Assembly: GCA_013265495.1 (NCBI GenBank)
Contig: MU058463.1
Coordinates: forward strand, 310,001 to 374,000
Reading direction: 5' to 3'
DNA from: Vicugna vicugna
Taxonomy: Eukaryota
DNA: 64,000 nucleotides
The notes under the pieces are model-generated. The model was not told the DNA's origin. It was given only the letters and a program-made list of their open reading frames with translations, and ran no database searches. Shown in pieces: positions 24,940 to 37,599 of the stretch (position 1 is the first letter of the stretch; each line of letters starts with the position of its first letter). Made by a program: the position numbers and the translations under genes.

Positions 24940-25145
24940 ATGAGGAGCTTAGGATTTGGAGCCAAACTGCAAGAATTCAAATACTAGGCTCATCACTTGC
25001 TAACTGTGTCACATTGGATAAGACTTAATTTCTCCTTCTGTAGAAGGGACTTTGTAATATCATACATGTTATACAGATATTCCAAGGACATGTAAATTGC
25101 TTAACACATTACCAGTACATAATAAATGATAGTTAGCTATTATTA
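24940..25145 (+). mobile_element. MIR
   Basis: tttggagccaaactgcaagaattcaaatac...cacttgctaactgtgtcacattgga core. Confidence 0.75.
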
Positions 25146-25318
25146 TCACATATTCTAAGATCAGTAATATTGTCTTATGAACATGTGTGGCATTTATCTC
25201 TAAATGGCCAAAACGAGAACAAAAGAAGAAAACTGTGAATATAAACTTCTGTATTTCTTAGGGTTAAGTAAAAACATATATATAACTTAAAAGTTTGGAT
25301 ATTTAGAAAATAACTCAG

Positions 25319-25862
25319 TATTGGAGTTTCAATGATATTTCTAAAAGATATATCACTAACAAGCACTTGTTGAGTCATTGGTATTGATGCTAAAATCTCT
25401 ACTACAATCTTGCAATATTGCATCCTAAATATAGACGTGTGAAGCAACTGACATAATGGCAGCATATGATAGAGCTGAATAAGTTTTATCTGAAGATAAT
25501 TAATCACTTTCCATATAATTAGTAGGTTAGTTGCCTTGAGGCCACATATATCTGAATCTTAGCATTTCCTTTTTCTCTACTGCTAATGAACATCAGCTAC
25601 CAGTTGTAAATTGTATTACCACAAATTATTTTTTTACTATATTCATTACTAACTTTTAAAATACTTCTTTTTTTGGTTTTGTTAGGAAAATAATTTGCAT
25701 TAAGTATTCCATAGATGGGCTTCATATTTAAAATTGAGCATGAATTATTCAGACATTTGCTATTAATCACATGATCCAAAAATACATGCAGCAAATTCTG
25801 TATTATTTCAATGGTATGACTGGTCTTAATCTGTTTGATGTGAATGTATTTAGTAAACAATA
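25319..25862 (-). pseudogene. Exon relic, end of DUF3715 copy 2 plus first half of SPOC-like copy 1
   Basis: Covers ORF-track frames 25597-25860 and 25175-25507. LYHMLPLCQLLHTSIFRMQY...QQVLVSDISFRNIIETPI vs recalled TASOR2 KYVMKVSSLKKRLPEAAFRKQNY...YEVELSN. Acceptor reads TAA and donor reads CTGAGT (both apparently mutated). Confidence 0.6.
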
Positions 25863-26004
25863 TTAAAATGAGATTATTTTGTATACTTAATTTAAATACT
25901 TATCTTAATACATAGTGTTCAGAGTTTATATGAAGATTAAAAACAGTAAAGAAGCATATAGACTAAGTTAAAGTATTAAATATCCATATGGAAACTATTG
26001 TTAC

Positions 26005-26121
26005 CTGATTTAAAATGTTCACAGTTAACATTTTCATTAATTTTATAATCCAACTAAATTCTCTTATCCTTTTTAAATATTTTCTTCATTCTACATATTG
26101 TTAATTTATGAAGACCTATAC
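26005..26121 (-). pseudogene. Exon relic, DUF3715 copy 2
   Basis: aaaatcag|...cag|gtaaca, 117 nt, phase 1-1: GIGLHKLTICRMKKIFKKDKRI*LDYKINENVNCEHFKS vs recalled TEX15 KVLFGKVKKI...LDPSPNFDCH. Confidence 0.65.
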
Positions 26122-26984
26122 CTGATTTTAAAAAGGTAAATTTACAAACATATTACTTTAGAAAAATATAAAAAGGAGAGAAAAACAATATATTTTAAGC
26201 TTTATTCTACACATTCTGAATTAAGTCCAAACCAAGTTATTTAGTACTTTACAATAATAACTAGCATTCCTTAGTCAGGCAAATTAAAAGTGTCAGAGAA
26301 CATGTACTAGTGAAAACTTGACAATTTCACCAAGACCCTGGCTATGACTTTCCCATCTCTACTCTTCAAGTGACATTGCCTACGAATGCAAAAATGACAC
26401 TCAACAGACTGTTGTTCATGTAATCAGTCAACTATTCTCGTTTTACTTTTTGTATCATCTTGCATATGTCATGACATTTTCTGTTTTAGAAACTTACTTT
26501 AGAAAGAATATATTAGCCTATTTGGTACACAGTGGAAACATAATTTTAAAGTGAATTTAAATCGAGGCTTTATTGAAAAAGCAATACTGTATTTTCTCTT
26601 CTTTTCAATGAATTACACTTTCAGGGGAGAACATCTCTAATCTACACATCTTAAAATTTATATGGTGGAAAACTTTAAAATAAAAATATTTTTTCTTGTT
26701 TTTGAATTGCCTCATTTTTTTTCAGAGTGCTCTCTTTAGAAAATGAGTTACAATCTAGTCAATTGGTGTTTTCATTTTCCGAGATGGTTGCAAAGGTATC
26801 TATTGTTTCATGTATTTTTTTCTGAAAACTTCTTCTTTCTTTTGGAAAAAATGGAGTTTAATTCTTGTCACCTTGAATCTTGGCAGCTATGACTATGCCA
26901 GAAGTGAGCTATGAGATTTCCCAGGTTTACTTATGAAAGTAGATGTAGCTTTGACCTTTCTTACTGGAAAGCTGACTTAGAAGG

Positions 26985-27405
26985 CAGAGGCTGGCAAACC
27001 TGTTCTGTGAAGAGTCAGATAGTAAATATTTCAGACTTTACCAGACATGCTCTCTGCTGCAACTGTTCAGCTCTGTTGTTGCAGTGCCAAGGCTTACACA
27101 GACAATACCTAAATATTTCAGCTTGGCTGTGTCCGAAATTAAACTTTGTTTACAAAAACAGAAAGCCATCCAGATTTGACCTATGGTTGCCAGATTTTGT
27201 AACTAAAAATACAGGATGCCCAGTTAAATCTGAATTTCAGATAACAACAAATACCTTTTTCTTTAATCTGTAATTTGGTCCAAAATACTGCTCAGAAAAT
27301 ATTTATACAAAAAGTTACTCATGTTTATCTGAAATGTAAATTTAACTGAGTGTCCGATTTTATCTGGTAATTCTACTTGTGCTGTAGTTTACTGACCTTT
27401 AATGT
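26985..27405. mobile_element. MER58A (hAT-Charlie MITE)
   Basis: cagaggctggcaaac...agtcagatagtaaatatttcagacttt; end gctgtagtttactgacc. Confidence 0.8.
27182..27375. mobile_element. MER53 palindromic hAT MITE
   Basis: tatggttgccagatt...cagttaaatctgaatttcagataa / ttatctgaaatgtaaatttaactg...atctggtaattcta. Confidence 0.85.
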
Positions 27406-27870
27406 AGGCAGTCTCACTCACAAGAAGTGGTTATGCTGTGAGAAAGTCCAAAACAGCAAAAAGGAGAGAATCTAAGGAAAAGAACTAAGACAACTTGAAG
27501 AGGGAAGACTGCCCAGCCTGCACCCATCTAGTCCTGACACCTCTCATTTCCACTTCAGCCACCATCTTAATAACCACAAGAAAGTCCTTGAGCAAGAAAA
27601 CTGTATGAATCCTTGCTCAATCCTGACATAAAAAACCATAAGAGATAATAAAATGACAGTTGGGATTTTAAGTCACTACTTTCTGTGTGTTTTACCATGC
27701 AGTGATATTAATTGGAGTATCCCTACTACACATTTTTTTTAAACATTTTCAGTTTTCCGATCTATATCTGGAGTTCCAAGTTGCATGTTTAAACAGGAGA
27801 GTTTTTGACAAATGCAAACAAAACAACACCCTGAAAAGTCTGATTTTAACAGAAATATTTATGTATTTAC

Positions 27871-28167
27871 CTTAATCATCATAGCTTAATTTTATGGTCC
27901 ACTGCCAACACAAGTAAAACAGTAGCATTACATAGATACCCATGCATTCCACACTAAGGTTTTGTTTTTCACAAAATTCATATGCCAGTGATAGTCCTCT
28001 TTTTTCCCTCAGTCATGAGAAGCCTATTTGCAATCAAATCATCACATTCAGTGATGTTTATTCAAACTTGACTAATGTTGAACTGCAAATGACTCTTGCT
28101 AATAGGATAAAGACTTTGACACCCATTTCATAATTTGCTTTCAGCTGTTAATCACTAAAAATTTCCT
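27871..28167 (-). pseudogene. Exon relic, DUF3715 copy 2 core
   Basis: tctatttctgag|...aag|gtaaat, 297 nt, phase 1-1: EIFSD*QLKANYEMGVKVFILLARVICSSTLVKFE*...LREKRGLSLAYEFCEKQNLSVECMGIYVM vs TASOR ICEKGLHV...ILGSPSMGVYL. Confidence 0.7.
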
Positions 28168-28204
28168 CTCAGAAATAGAAATAGAAGTTTTCTACTGTCA
28201 ACAA

Positions 28205-28380
28205 GAGTAGTTCTCAAACTTCGTTATACAAAATTGTCACTTGGAGGCTTATTAAGGATGCAAAAGTTATTATTCTCAAATGACTTTATGATATAAAATA
28301 AATTTGGATTAGGATGGTGTCTAGAATATGAATTTCTAACATGATTCTAGTAAACCCTGAAGTGAACCTAAAACACTGAG
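28205..28380. mobile_element. MER5-like MITE
   Basis: agtagttctcaaactt start, aatttctaaca motif. Confidence 0.5.
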
Positions 28381-29411
28381 TAGTTTTAGTGTCATTTAAA
28401 AAGTTTATCTTTCCTTATTCTTTTAGATTTATCTTTCAAGATGCTAGAATTCTTTTTAGAAAAAATTATTGGCTTGACTTCCATACATACTCCTGCCTTA
28501 CAACCATCACACATGGCAGTGAAAGCTCTTCATTACTTTTTTGAGAATGCTGTGTTGACAGCAGGATCTGCTTCTATAAAGAAGAAGAATATGGTAAGAT
28601 AAATGAATAGTAGTTTATCTTTATTTTTTACTTATATGCAGGAGCTTTATGAGCTGTAACTAGCAGAGGAAACTGGGAGAATTTACTTTGGGGTTCTGAT
28701 TGGCATTACTGCTAAGTCATTTCTACACTTAATTTTTAGCTACAAAATAAAGTTCCTGAAAGTTGGTAAATTCTGAATTTTGTCACATTCATGCTTATTT
28801 CTAACAATCAATGTAACAGAATACATTGTAAGTCATATAATTGAGGGTTGGTATCAATATGGATATTTGAATAAATGTTCATAATATTACTATCAATAAT
28901 AATGAAATAAACTGTAACAATTATGACATTGTATAGTTAATAAATATGTGTATATCAGGTGGTAAGTTTATTTGACCACTATCACAATACTGTCAAGAAT
29001 AATTAATCTCTTTTTTTCAGTGTGTTTTTTAACTTGCAATACAAGTCACTGAGTTATTAACTTTCAGAGCTAAAATTAAGCCCAGGTTTAGGTAGCATTT
29101 CCACTAGTCTACATAATCAATATTTTTATAGTATTAGTTACAAGTGAATTTTATATGGCTTATAAATCAAATTCACTTGTACCTACAGCCATTTCTCTGT
29201 TTATCTTGATATTATTGGGTGAAAAACCTCATTATCCAGGTCAAAAGGCTATCTAGATCAAATTTATTAATTTTTGAATATTAAACCAATGTTAATTCCT
29301 GGAATAAACACTACTTAGTCATAATTTTTCTTTTTTGTGTTGCAGATCCAATCTGAAAATAAGCTATTAGAAATTTTTGTATTGTTTGTGATATTTGGAA
29401 TACTAGCTTAC

Positions 29412-30708
29412 TTTAATTTTATTTTCATTCAATCATATTTAATTTTATTACTAAATTATCTAATTATCTAATTTGACAGCCTCTGACATTTTTCCCAGGG
29501 TCTAGTTGCTATGCAATTCATATTAGGTACTGAGCATCAATGCTTCAAATGCTTCAAATATCTAAATTGAAGGAGATTTTGTATCTTTCACAGGGGCACT
29601 ATCACTTTAAGGATTTGAATAAATCCTTTATTTCTGGTTATGTTTCTTATAGCTATCATTTCTGGTACTGATAAAAAGTACTGTATCAACTTTTTTTTTT
29701 TATTATAAAGTCAAAAGTCACTGAGATTCTTTTCAGGGTCTTGACATGAAGTTCTCAAATACTGTAGATCTGCCAAATACATGCCCTGGACCTATAATTT
29801 ATTTTTTTCAATTTTCTTCTATTTATTTTGTTTCTCTAAAAATACAAGCAGCAAAACTGCTAGGAACCAATCATTATCTGCTGCATTAGATAGATGCTGA
29901 TTGGCTCAATGCTGCTTAATATATAATGTAATAATTAATATCACTGTATAATTATTTATAGTTCTCATAGTACTCATACTGTTTACTTCGGTTCCTATTT
30001 TCTGATTCTATTTTTTCAAGACTTTTCCTGATTTTGTGGCATTTCTTCTCAAAATATTTGGCTTTTTATCTAATATTTTAGTAAGCCTTTTTTTAATGGG
30101 ATCCCAAGGGTTGAAGCATCTTCCACTCTCTCTTTACTAAAACAGCTCACCATCTTTTACAGAGCCTACAGTTCTACACTTAATTTTTAAGTATTTCCAG
30201 CACATTCAGTAACAGAAGGAATATTCAAAGCCATTGCTTTTTTTGTTTGTTTTTTTACCAAGATACGGATCAGTTTCTCATGATCCTCTTTTAAGGACAT
30301 TTCATCTCATTGCCAACTGAATGATTCAGAGAAACAGCAAATCAAGGTCAACCAAAACCTAAGTTTGAGATATCTGTAAGTAGGAAGCAAATACCACTTA
30401 AGCTGACATAACATTTTCCATGTTACTTTTTTCAACAGGGGATTCATCCGTTTCTCTGTTTTGCCTGCTGCTCACTTCTATCTGAGCTGTCTAGTAATAT
30501 TTGTTTGTAGATATCTTCCCAGGGATTGGAATCAACTTATTATCAGCTAGTGTTAGTCTGCAGCCAGCTCAGCTCAAAGGCAGAGAAACTCCTTATCAAT
30601 TTGGTTGGCTTGGCTTATATGCTAAATAAAGTAGTCCTAGGAGCTTTGTGTAAATTTTATATTCTATCAGTCTGCAGTTGCATTAGCAAGATTTTGATTG
30701 GTTTCTTC
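29412..30708 (-). pseudogene. Probable long low-complexity exon relic(s), ~29980-30708 and 29412-29835
   Basis: Unique, purine-rich on the minus strand, broken K/E/S/N-rich frames (e.g. DEMSLKEDHEKLIRILVKKQTKKAMALNIPSVTEC). Acceptor gtatttttag at 29836, donors gtatga (29979) and gtaagc (29411). Confidence 0.4.
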
Positions 30709-31399
30709 TAATGTTATATAATGTATTACATAAATGATATATAGTTGTTTTATAAAATTTATGTTATAAAAACTCTTAATATTCCGTATTAAAACCTCCT
30801 GGTACTTTCCAAACATACTTATTACAACTTGCATACAACTCCGAGGTGACCACTTTTAAGAGAAAACATTTTACCAATAAAGGAGCATTTCTTGTACTAA
30901 TACTAGTTTAAAACATAGAAAAACAGCAATGTTCACACATTAATATTAAAATAGGTATCCTTTACAAACTGGACTTCATATCATAGATATAGATAAATAA
31001 ATACATAGATAGATATACAGACAGACATATATAAATCCAGGTACATCTATTTACATAACCTAGAGTATTAGAGGTTGCAAATTGTGAAGTAAATGAATGA
31101 AGGTATTCTAAATCTTATCAATAATCATGTAAGAGCAAATGAAGGTTAAAAAGATACAAAACAAATTTTTAAAGATGTATCTGTCTTGACAATATCAAGT
31201 GTTAAAGATGATGGTGATAATATAACCAATTTATTATTAGCATAATTATAAATTGCTGCAACTTCTTCAAAAAAGATTTTTTTGATTTTCATTACTGTTG
31301 AAAATATAAGTTATAGGGAAAAGTTTTCATGTATGAATAAGGAAAATTTCTAAAGTAATTCTAATACTTATGCTTTTGAAGTAAGAGATACAAAGAAAA

Positions 31400-32360
31400 A
31401 TGTGTACACTTCACAATTGTCCAGCTCTGTGGATTATTACAACTAATGTGTAGCTACAACTATCAACAAATAGAAAAGTAATAGCAACCTAGAAGACAAT
31501 CTCCAAATGCTAATCTTGTTCTATTCCACAAAGTCAATGTTATTATGATTATTAATAGCCATTTTGATTCTTTTTGAACTTCAAATAAATGGCATCACTG
31601 TGTAAGTACTTTTGTGTTTGCCTTATTTCTTTTCACATTATGTTCGTAAAAATGATATTTTTGTGCGTAACTAATTTTTTTCATTTTTATTACTATATGG
31701 TAGATCATTGAATGAATATATCAACTTTATACATTTTCTATTGATGTACACTTAGATTGTAGAAGCTATTATAAATAATATTCTCATGTACTTTTTCTGT
31801 GTCTTAATTTGCACAATTTGTACACATTTCTCTTACACATGTAACCAGAAGAGGAATATGCTGATTTTAGTTGATACTTCCAAAGTGTATATCCCCATTT
31901 ATACCCCATTAACAGAATATATAGTTACAAATTACTCTATATTCTTGAAAGCATTTGGTCATTAAAAAAAAAAATCACTTAGCCTTTCTGTCAGGCACTG
32001 ATGGCATCTCATTATAGATTGGACTTAAACTTGAATTGACTACTTTTAATTTGAACAGGTTTTGCATGTTTGACATTTGGATACTTCTCATGACATGTTC
32101 AAGCATTTTCATTATTTTAAATTTTATGCAAGTTTTTTTATTTTTAATAGAAGGTATTTATATATTCCATATAAAAGAACTATGCCAGACATGTGAATCA
32201 CAAATATTTCCTCAATACTTCAGCCTTTTTAACTCTTCTAAATACTTTTTTAAACAGAAGATCTTAATTTTCATGAAATCTAATTCATTAAGCTTTCTAT
32301 TTTTAGAAACTTTAGAATAGACATGTTTGCCTACCCCAAGATTTTCTTTTACTATCTTCT
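31400..32360 (-). mobile_element. L1ME-like 3' region
   Basis: Antisense L1 3' motifs (ttgatgtacacttagattg, tttgcctaccccaag). Confidence 0.65.
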
Positions 32361-32844
32361 AGTGAAGTTATATTCCTTAATTTGTATTAGTAATTAACAT
32401 TGATATCAACCTAAAATTAAATTAATATTGACTATAAAACAATAGTAACAAAGTTAAAGGTGCATGGAATCTCTCTGCATTATTTCTTACAATAATAATA
32501 CATGAATCTACAACTATCTTAAAATAAAATATTTAATTTAAAAATAATGAAACAAATATCAGACAAATAGACTTCATGAAAAATAAAAGATATTGAGAGA
32601 AATTTCACAACATCTCTTCTCATGATAGAAAAGCCTTAAAAGCCATACAACATCCACTTCTGGAATATAGATAAATGAAATGTAGCAAATTCAAAGAATA
32701 GAATTGTATTCAGTAGGAAAAATAAAAGACTAAAGTAACATGCAACAGCATGATTGGACTTTAACAATAAAATATTGAGTAAATAAAAGCCACTCTGAGA
32801 AGATTATATATGTTTTCATATTCTATATCTCTAATTCAAAAAAT

Positions 32845-33660
32845 ATATCACCAATACTATTTGGAATGGCCATCATTAAAAAGTGCACAAACGATAAATG
32901 CTGGAGAGGCTGTGGAGAAAAGGGAACCTTCCTACACTGTTGGTGAGAATGTAGTTTGGTGCAGCCGTTCTGGAAAACAGCATGGAGATTCCTCAAAAGA
33001 CTAAAAGTAGACTTATCATATGATCTAGCAATACCACTCCTGGGCAAACATCTAGAGGGAACATTAATTCTAAAAGACATGTGCACCCCAATGTTCATAG
33101 CAGCAGTATTTACAACAGCCAAAACATGGAAACAACCTAAATGTCCATCAACAGATGACTGGATAAAGAAATTGTGGTAGATTTATATAACAGAATACTA
33201 CTCAGCCATAAAATAGAATAAAATAATGCCATTTGCAGCAACGTGGATAGACCTGAAGATTGTCATTCTAAGTGAAGTAATCCAGAAAGAGAAAGAAAAA
33301 TACTGTACGATATCACTTATACGTGGAATCTTAGAAAAAAGACAAATGAACTTAGTTACAAAACAGAAATAGACCTGCAGACATAGAAAATAAACTTATT
33401 GCTACCAGTGGGAGAAGGCAATGGGAAGGTATAAACTGGGAGTTCAAGACTGGCAGATACCAATTACTATATACAAAATAGGTAACAACAAGTTTACTGT
33501 ACAGCACACAGAACTATATTCAATATCTTATAGTAATCTATAATGAAAAAGACTATGAAAATGAATATATGTATGTATATGTATGACTGAACTACTATGC
33601 TGTACACCAGAAACTGATACAATATTGTAAACTGACTATACTTCAATAATAAAAATATAT
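32845..33660 (+). mobile_element. Relatively young artiodactyl/camelid L1 3' end
   Basis: ORF2 C-terminus in ORF 32956-33180 ([13 protein letters not shown]...[23 protein letters not shown]); 3' UTR; probable TSD aaaaatatat. Confidence 0.9.
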
Positions 33661-33852
33661 ATATATATACACATAATCAATATGTTGTTTAGCACACATA
33701 GGTATGTGATAAGACTACTGAGAAACAAAAATGGTGAATGATAAACATTAAAAACAAGATAATGCTTACCATGGTGGGTGGACCATATTTGGAAGCTCAG
33801 AGAAGGATTACATAGGTACCTATAAGTTACTGGAAATATTCGAATTCTTTTA

Positions 33853-36318
33853 AGAAATACCTCAGAGATACTACAAATGCAGTTAAGACCACCACAATAA
33901 AGTGAACATCAAAGTAAAGAGAGTCACACAAGTTTTTTTGGTTTCTCAATGCATATAAAAGTCATATTTACACTATACTGCAGTCTACGAAGCATGCAAT
34001 AGCATTATGTCTTAAAAAAAACCCAACATAGATTCCTTAATTAACAATACTTTATTGCTGAAAAATGTTAATCATCTGAGCCTTCAGGGAGCCATAGTCT
34101 TTTTACTGGTGGGGGAGGGTCTTGCCGGGATGTTGATAGCTGCTGACTGGTAAGGATGGTGGCTGCTGAAGTTTGGGGTAGCTGTGGCAATTTCATAAAA
34201 CAAGACAATGAAGTTTGCCACACCACTTGACAAAAAATTTCTCTGTAGCGAGCAATGCAGTTTGAAAGCACTTTATCCACAACAGAACTTCTTTCAAAAT
34301 TGGAGTTTACTTGCACCCCAGAGGCAGAGTCCACAGTGGTAGGTGGGGCAGGGGCTCACCTGTGCAGATCAAATGGGTGGCAGGCAGGGAGGGGCGAGAC
34401 TTAATTTTTTAAAAATTGGAGTTAATCTTCTCAAAACCTGCTGCTGCTTTATCAACTAACTTTAGCTAATGTTCTCAATTCTATGTTATTTCTACAAGTG
34501 TCATAGCACCTTCAACAGGAGTACATTCCATCTCAAGAAACCACTTTCTTTTCTCATCCATAAGAACTCCTCATCCATGAAAGTTTAATCATAAGACTAC
34601 AACAATTCAGTCACATCTCCAGGTTCCAGTTCTAATTCTAATTCTCTTGCTATTTCTACCACATCCCTCCACTGAAGTCTTGAACCCCTCAAATTCATCC
34701 ATGAGGGCTGGAATCCACTTCTTACAAACTCCTGTTAATGTTGACATTTTGATATCTTCCCATGAATCATGACTGTTTTTAATGGCATCTAAAATGATGA
34801 ATCTTTTTTTCAGAAGATTTCCAATTTACTATGCCCAGATTCATCAGAGGTATCACTACCTGTAGCAGCTCTAGCCTTATGAAATGCATTTCTTAAATAA
34901 TAAGGCTTGAAATTATTTCTTGATCCATGGGCTACAGAATGGATGTTGTGTTAGCAGGCACAAAAACATTAATTTTATTGTATATCTCCATCAGAACTCT
35001 TGGGTGATGAGGTATATTGTCAATGAGAAGCAATAATTTGAAAAGAGGTTTTTTTTTTTTTTTTTCTCCTGAGAAATAGGTCTCAACAGTGGGCTTAACA
35101 TATTCAGTTAACCATGTTGTAAACAGATGTGCTGTCATTCAGGTTTTGTTATTCATTTTATAGAGCATAGGCTGAGGAGATTTAACATAATTCTTAAGGA
35201 CCCTAGGGTTTTCAAAACTGTAAATGAGCATAGGCTTCTTTTTCAAGTCACCAGTTGTGTTAGCTTCTAACAAGAGTCAGTCTGTCCTTTGAAGCTTTGA
35301 GGCCAGGTATCGACTTCTCTTTAGCTAAGAAAGTTCTAGATGGCATCTTCTTCCAATAGAAAACTGTCTACACTGAAATCTGTTCTTTAGTGTAGCCACC
35401 TTAATTAATGATCTTAGCTAGATAGTCTGGATATCTCACTGCAGCTTCTACATAGTACTTGCTGCTTCACTTTGAACTTTTGTGTTATGCAGATGGCTTT
35501 TTCCTTTAAATTTCATGAACCGACCTCTACTAGCTTCACACTTTTCTTCTGTAGCTTCCTCACCTATCTCAGTCTTCAGAGAATTGAAGACAGTTAGGAC
35601 TCTATCCTGGATTAGGTTTTGTCTTAAGGGAATGTTGCAGCAGATTTGATGTAGCCAGAACACTACAACTTCTGCCATACCATCAATAAGCCTTCTTATC
35701 ATTTGTGGTTCACTGGATTAGCACGTCTAATATCCCTCAAGAACTTTTTCTTTGCATTTTCAAGTTGGATAACTAGTGAAAAAGGCTTAGCTTCAGCCTA
35801 TTTAGGCTTTTGACAAGCTTTCCTCACTAAGCTTAATCATTGTTAGCTTTTGATTTAAAGAGAGAGACTTTCAAACTCTTCCTTTCACTTGTACTTTTGG
35901 AGGACATTGTAGGATTATTAACTGGCCTAATTTTTGTGTCTCAGAGAATTGGGAGGCCCAGGCTTAGGGAGAGCAATGGGTAAGGCCAGTTGGTGGGGCA
36001 GTCAAAACACACACAACATTTTCAATTAAGTTCACTGTCCTATATAGGTGAACTTTGTGGCATCCCAAAACAATTACAAGAGTAACGTCAAAGATCACTG
36101 ATCACAGATCACCCTAACATATTATAATAATAATTAAAACATTTGAAATTTGGGGAAATTAAAATGTGATACAGAGCCATGAAGTGAACAAATGCTGCTG
36201 GAAAATGGCATCGATAGACTTAATTAACTCAGGGTTGCCACAAACCTTCAATTTGTAAGAAACACAGTTTATCTGGGAGGCTCATGTAAGTGAAGCACGA
36301 TGAAACAAGATATGACTG
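33853..36318 (-). mobile_element. Tigger1 (TcMar/pogo) near full-length, transposase decayed
   Basis: TA at both flanks, degenerate TIRs; ORF remnants MTAHLFTTW...LLLIDN...PANTTSIL (DDE) and IPLRQNLIQ...EASRGRFMKFK (CENP-B HTH). Confidence 0.92.
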
Positions 36319-37599
36319 TATTGAATAGCGAATTAACAGATGTTTATTATTTTGAAAGATATATGAATGTTTAAATTAACTGTAAATAATAATCAAATGA
36401 AAAGCTCTTATACATACATGTATGCACTACTAATAACACAGATTAAGATTAATCAATATATTTGTTTCATATCCTACATTTCAGTTAAATTTACTATGGA
36501 TACTTTGAAATAAATATTATTTAGTCAAATACATTTAGTAGTACAACATCAAGTAGTTCAACATGATTTCACCAAGATTTTAAGCATTGACATTTCCTTC
36601 ATTGGCATTTGCATATTGATTATTCTCAGGACTTAATCTTTAACCAGGGGAAAAAAATTATTGAACCACTAAAACAAGATTACTTTTCCATTAGTTTACT
36701 AAGATATATCCTCATTTTGCAATTATGTCTAATGCTCTTACATTTTTATTCTAAGTAAAAGTCATACATATACATACACATATTATTAGGCTTGAGGATT
36801 ATTAACATATATTTGACACATATCTAAAAATATATGACTTGGATTTATAGGAAGATGCATTTCTTTCTTACTTCATAAACATTTTATTTAGAATTCTAAA
36901 ATTTCCAGTTTTGTTTTCTATCTTAGAACTCTAATTTATAAAAACAAATATACATACTGTTTCAAAAATTATCTGTGAATAAGATGTAGTAAAAAGTGTA
37001 GGTTTTATATTTCACATACGATTAAGTATTTTGCATTTTCCTTCTTGAAATAGATAAGTTCTTTTTAGTGACTATTCAATTTACTTCAATATTATCCAAA
37101 CAAAAATATAGTGAGAATTTTAAAATTGTTTTAGTTTATTCTAAAAAGAAAAAATACTCAAAATAAAATTTAATTAGTTGCTAAATGTTTGGGACTAATG
37201 TTGACATGAAACTCTGTAATAGTTCATCAGAGTGTGAGATAAAAACTATATTTCAAAGATGAGAGTGTGCTAATAAAATGCAATGTTTCAGCAAAGCTCT
37301 TCAGCTTTGCTGGGAAGAATATGCTTAACTGGCATATATTTCTTCTGCTCTATGAATTATACATGTAGAGGAAAAATACATATAATAGTGTCAATTATAA
37401 ATCTCTATGACTTTTCCCTAAAACAAAAGCTTTAACACTTTCCTTTGCAGTCAAAAGTAATTTATAATGAAGATTTTTATATCTTAAATTCCAAGACTTT
37501 TTATTATAAAAATATTGTGGACATAGAAGCCCTGAAATCTTTTACTATAAAATCCTAGAACAGCTGTGTAAAATGCATGAAACCTATATTTCTAAACTA

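Larger units (their letters stand above)
26800..27720 (+). mobile_element. MLT1H/G-like LTR hosting nested MITEs
   Basis: ccttgaatcttggcag..., resumes after 27408; agagataataaaatg...ttttaagtcacta end. Confidence 0.6.

Noticed and set aside
33853..36318. Domesticated or active Tigger transposase
   Set aside because: ORF fragmented by many stops and frameshifts and carries an insertion.
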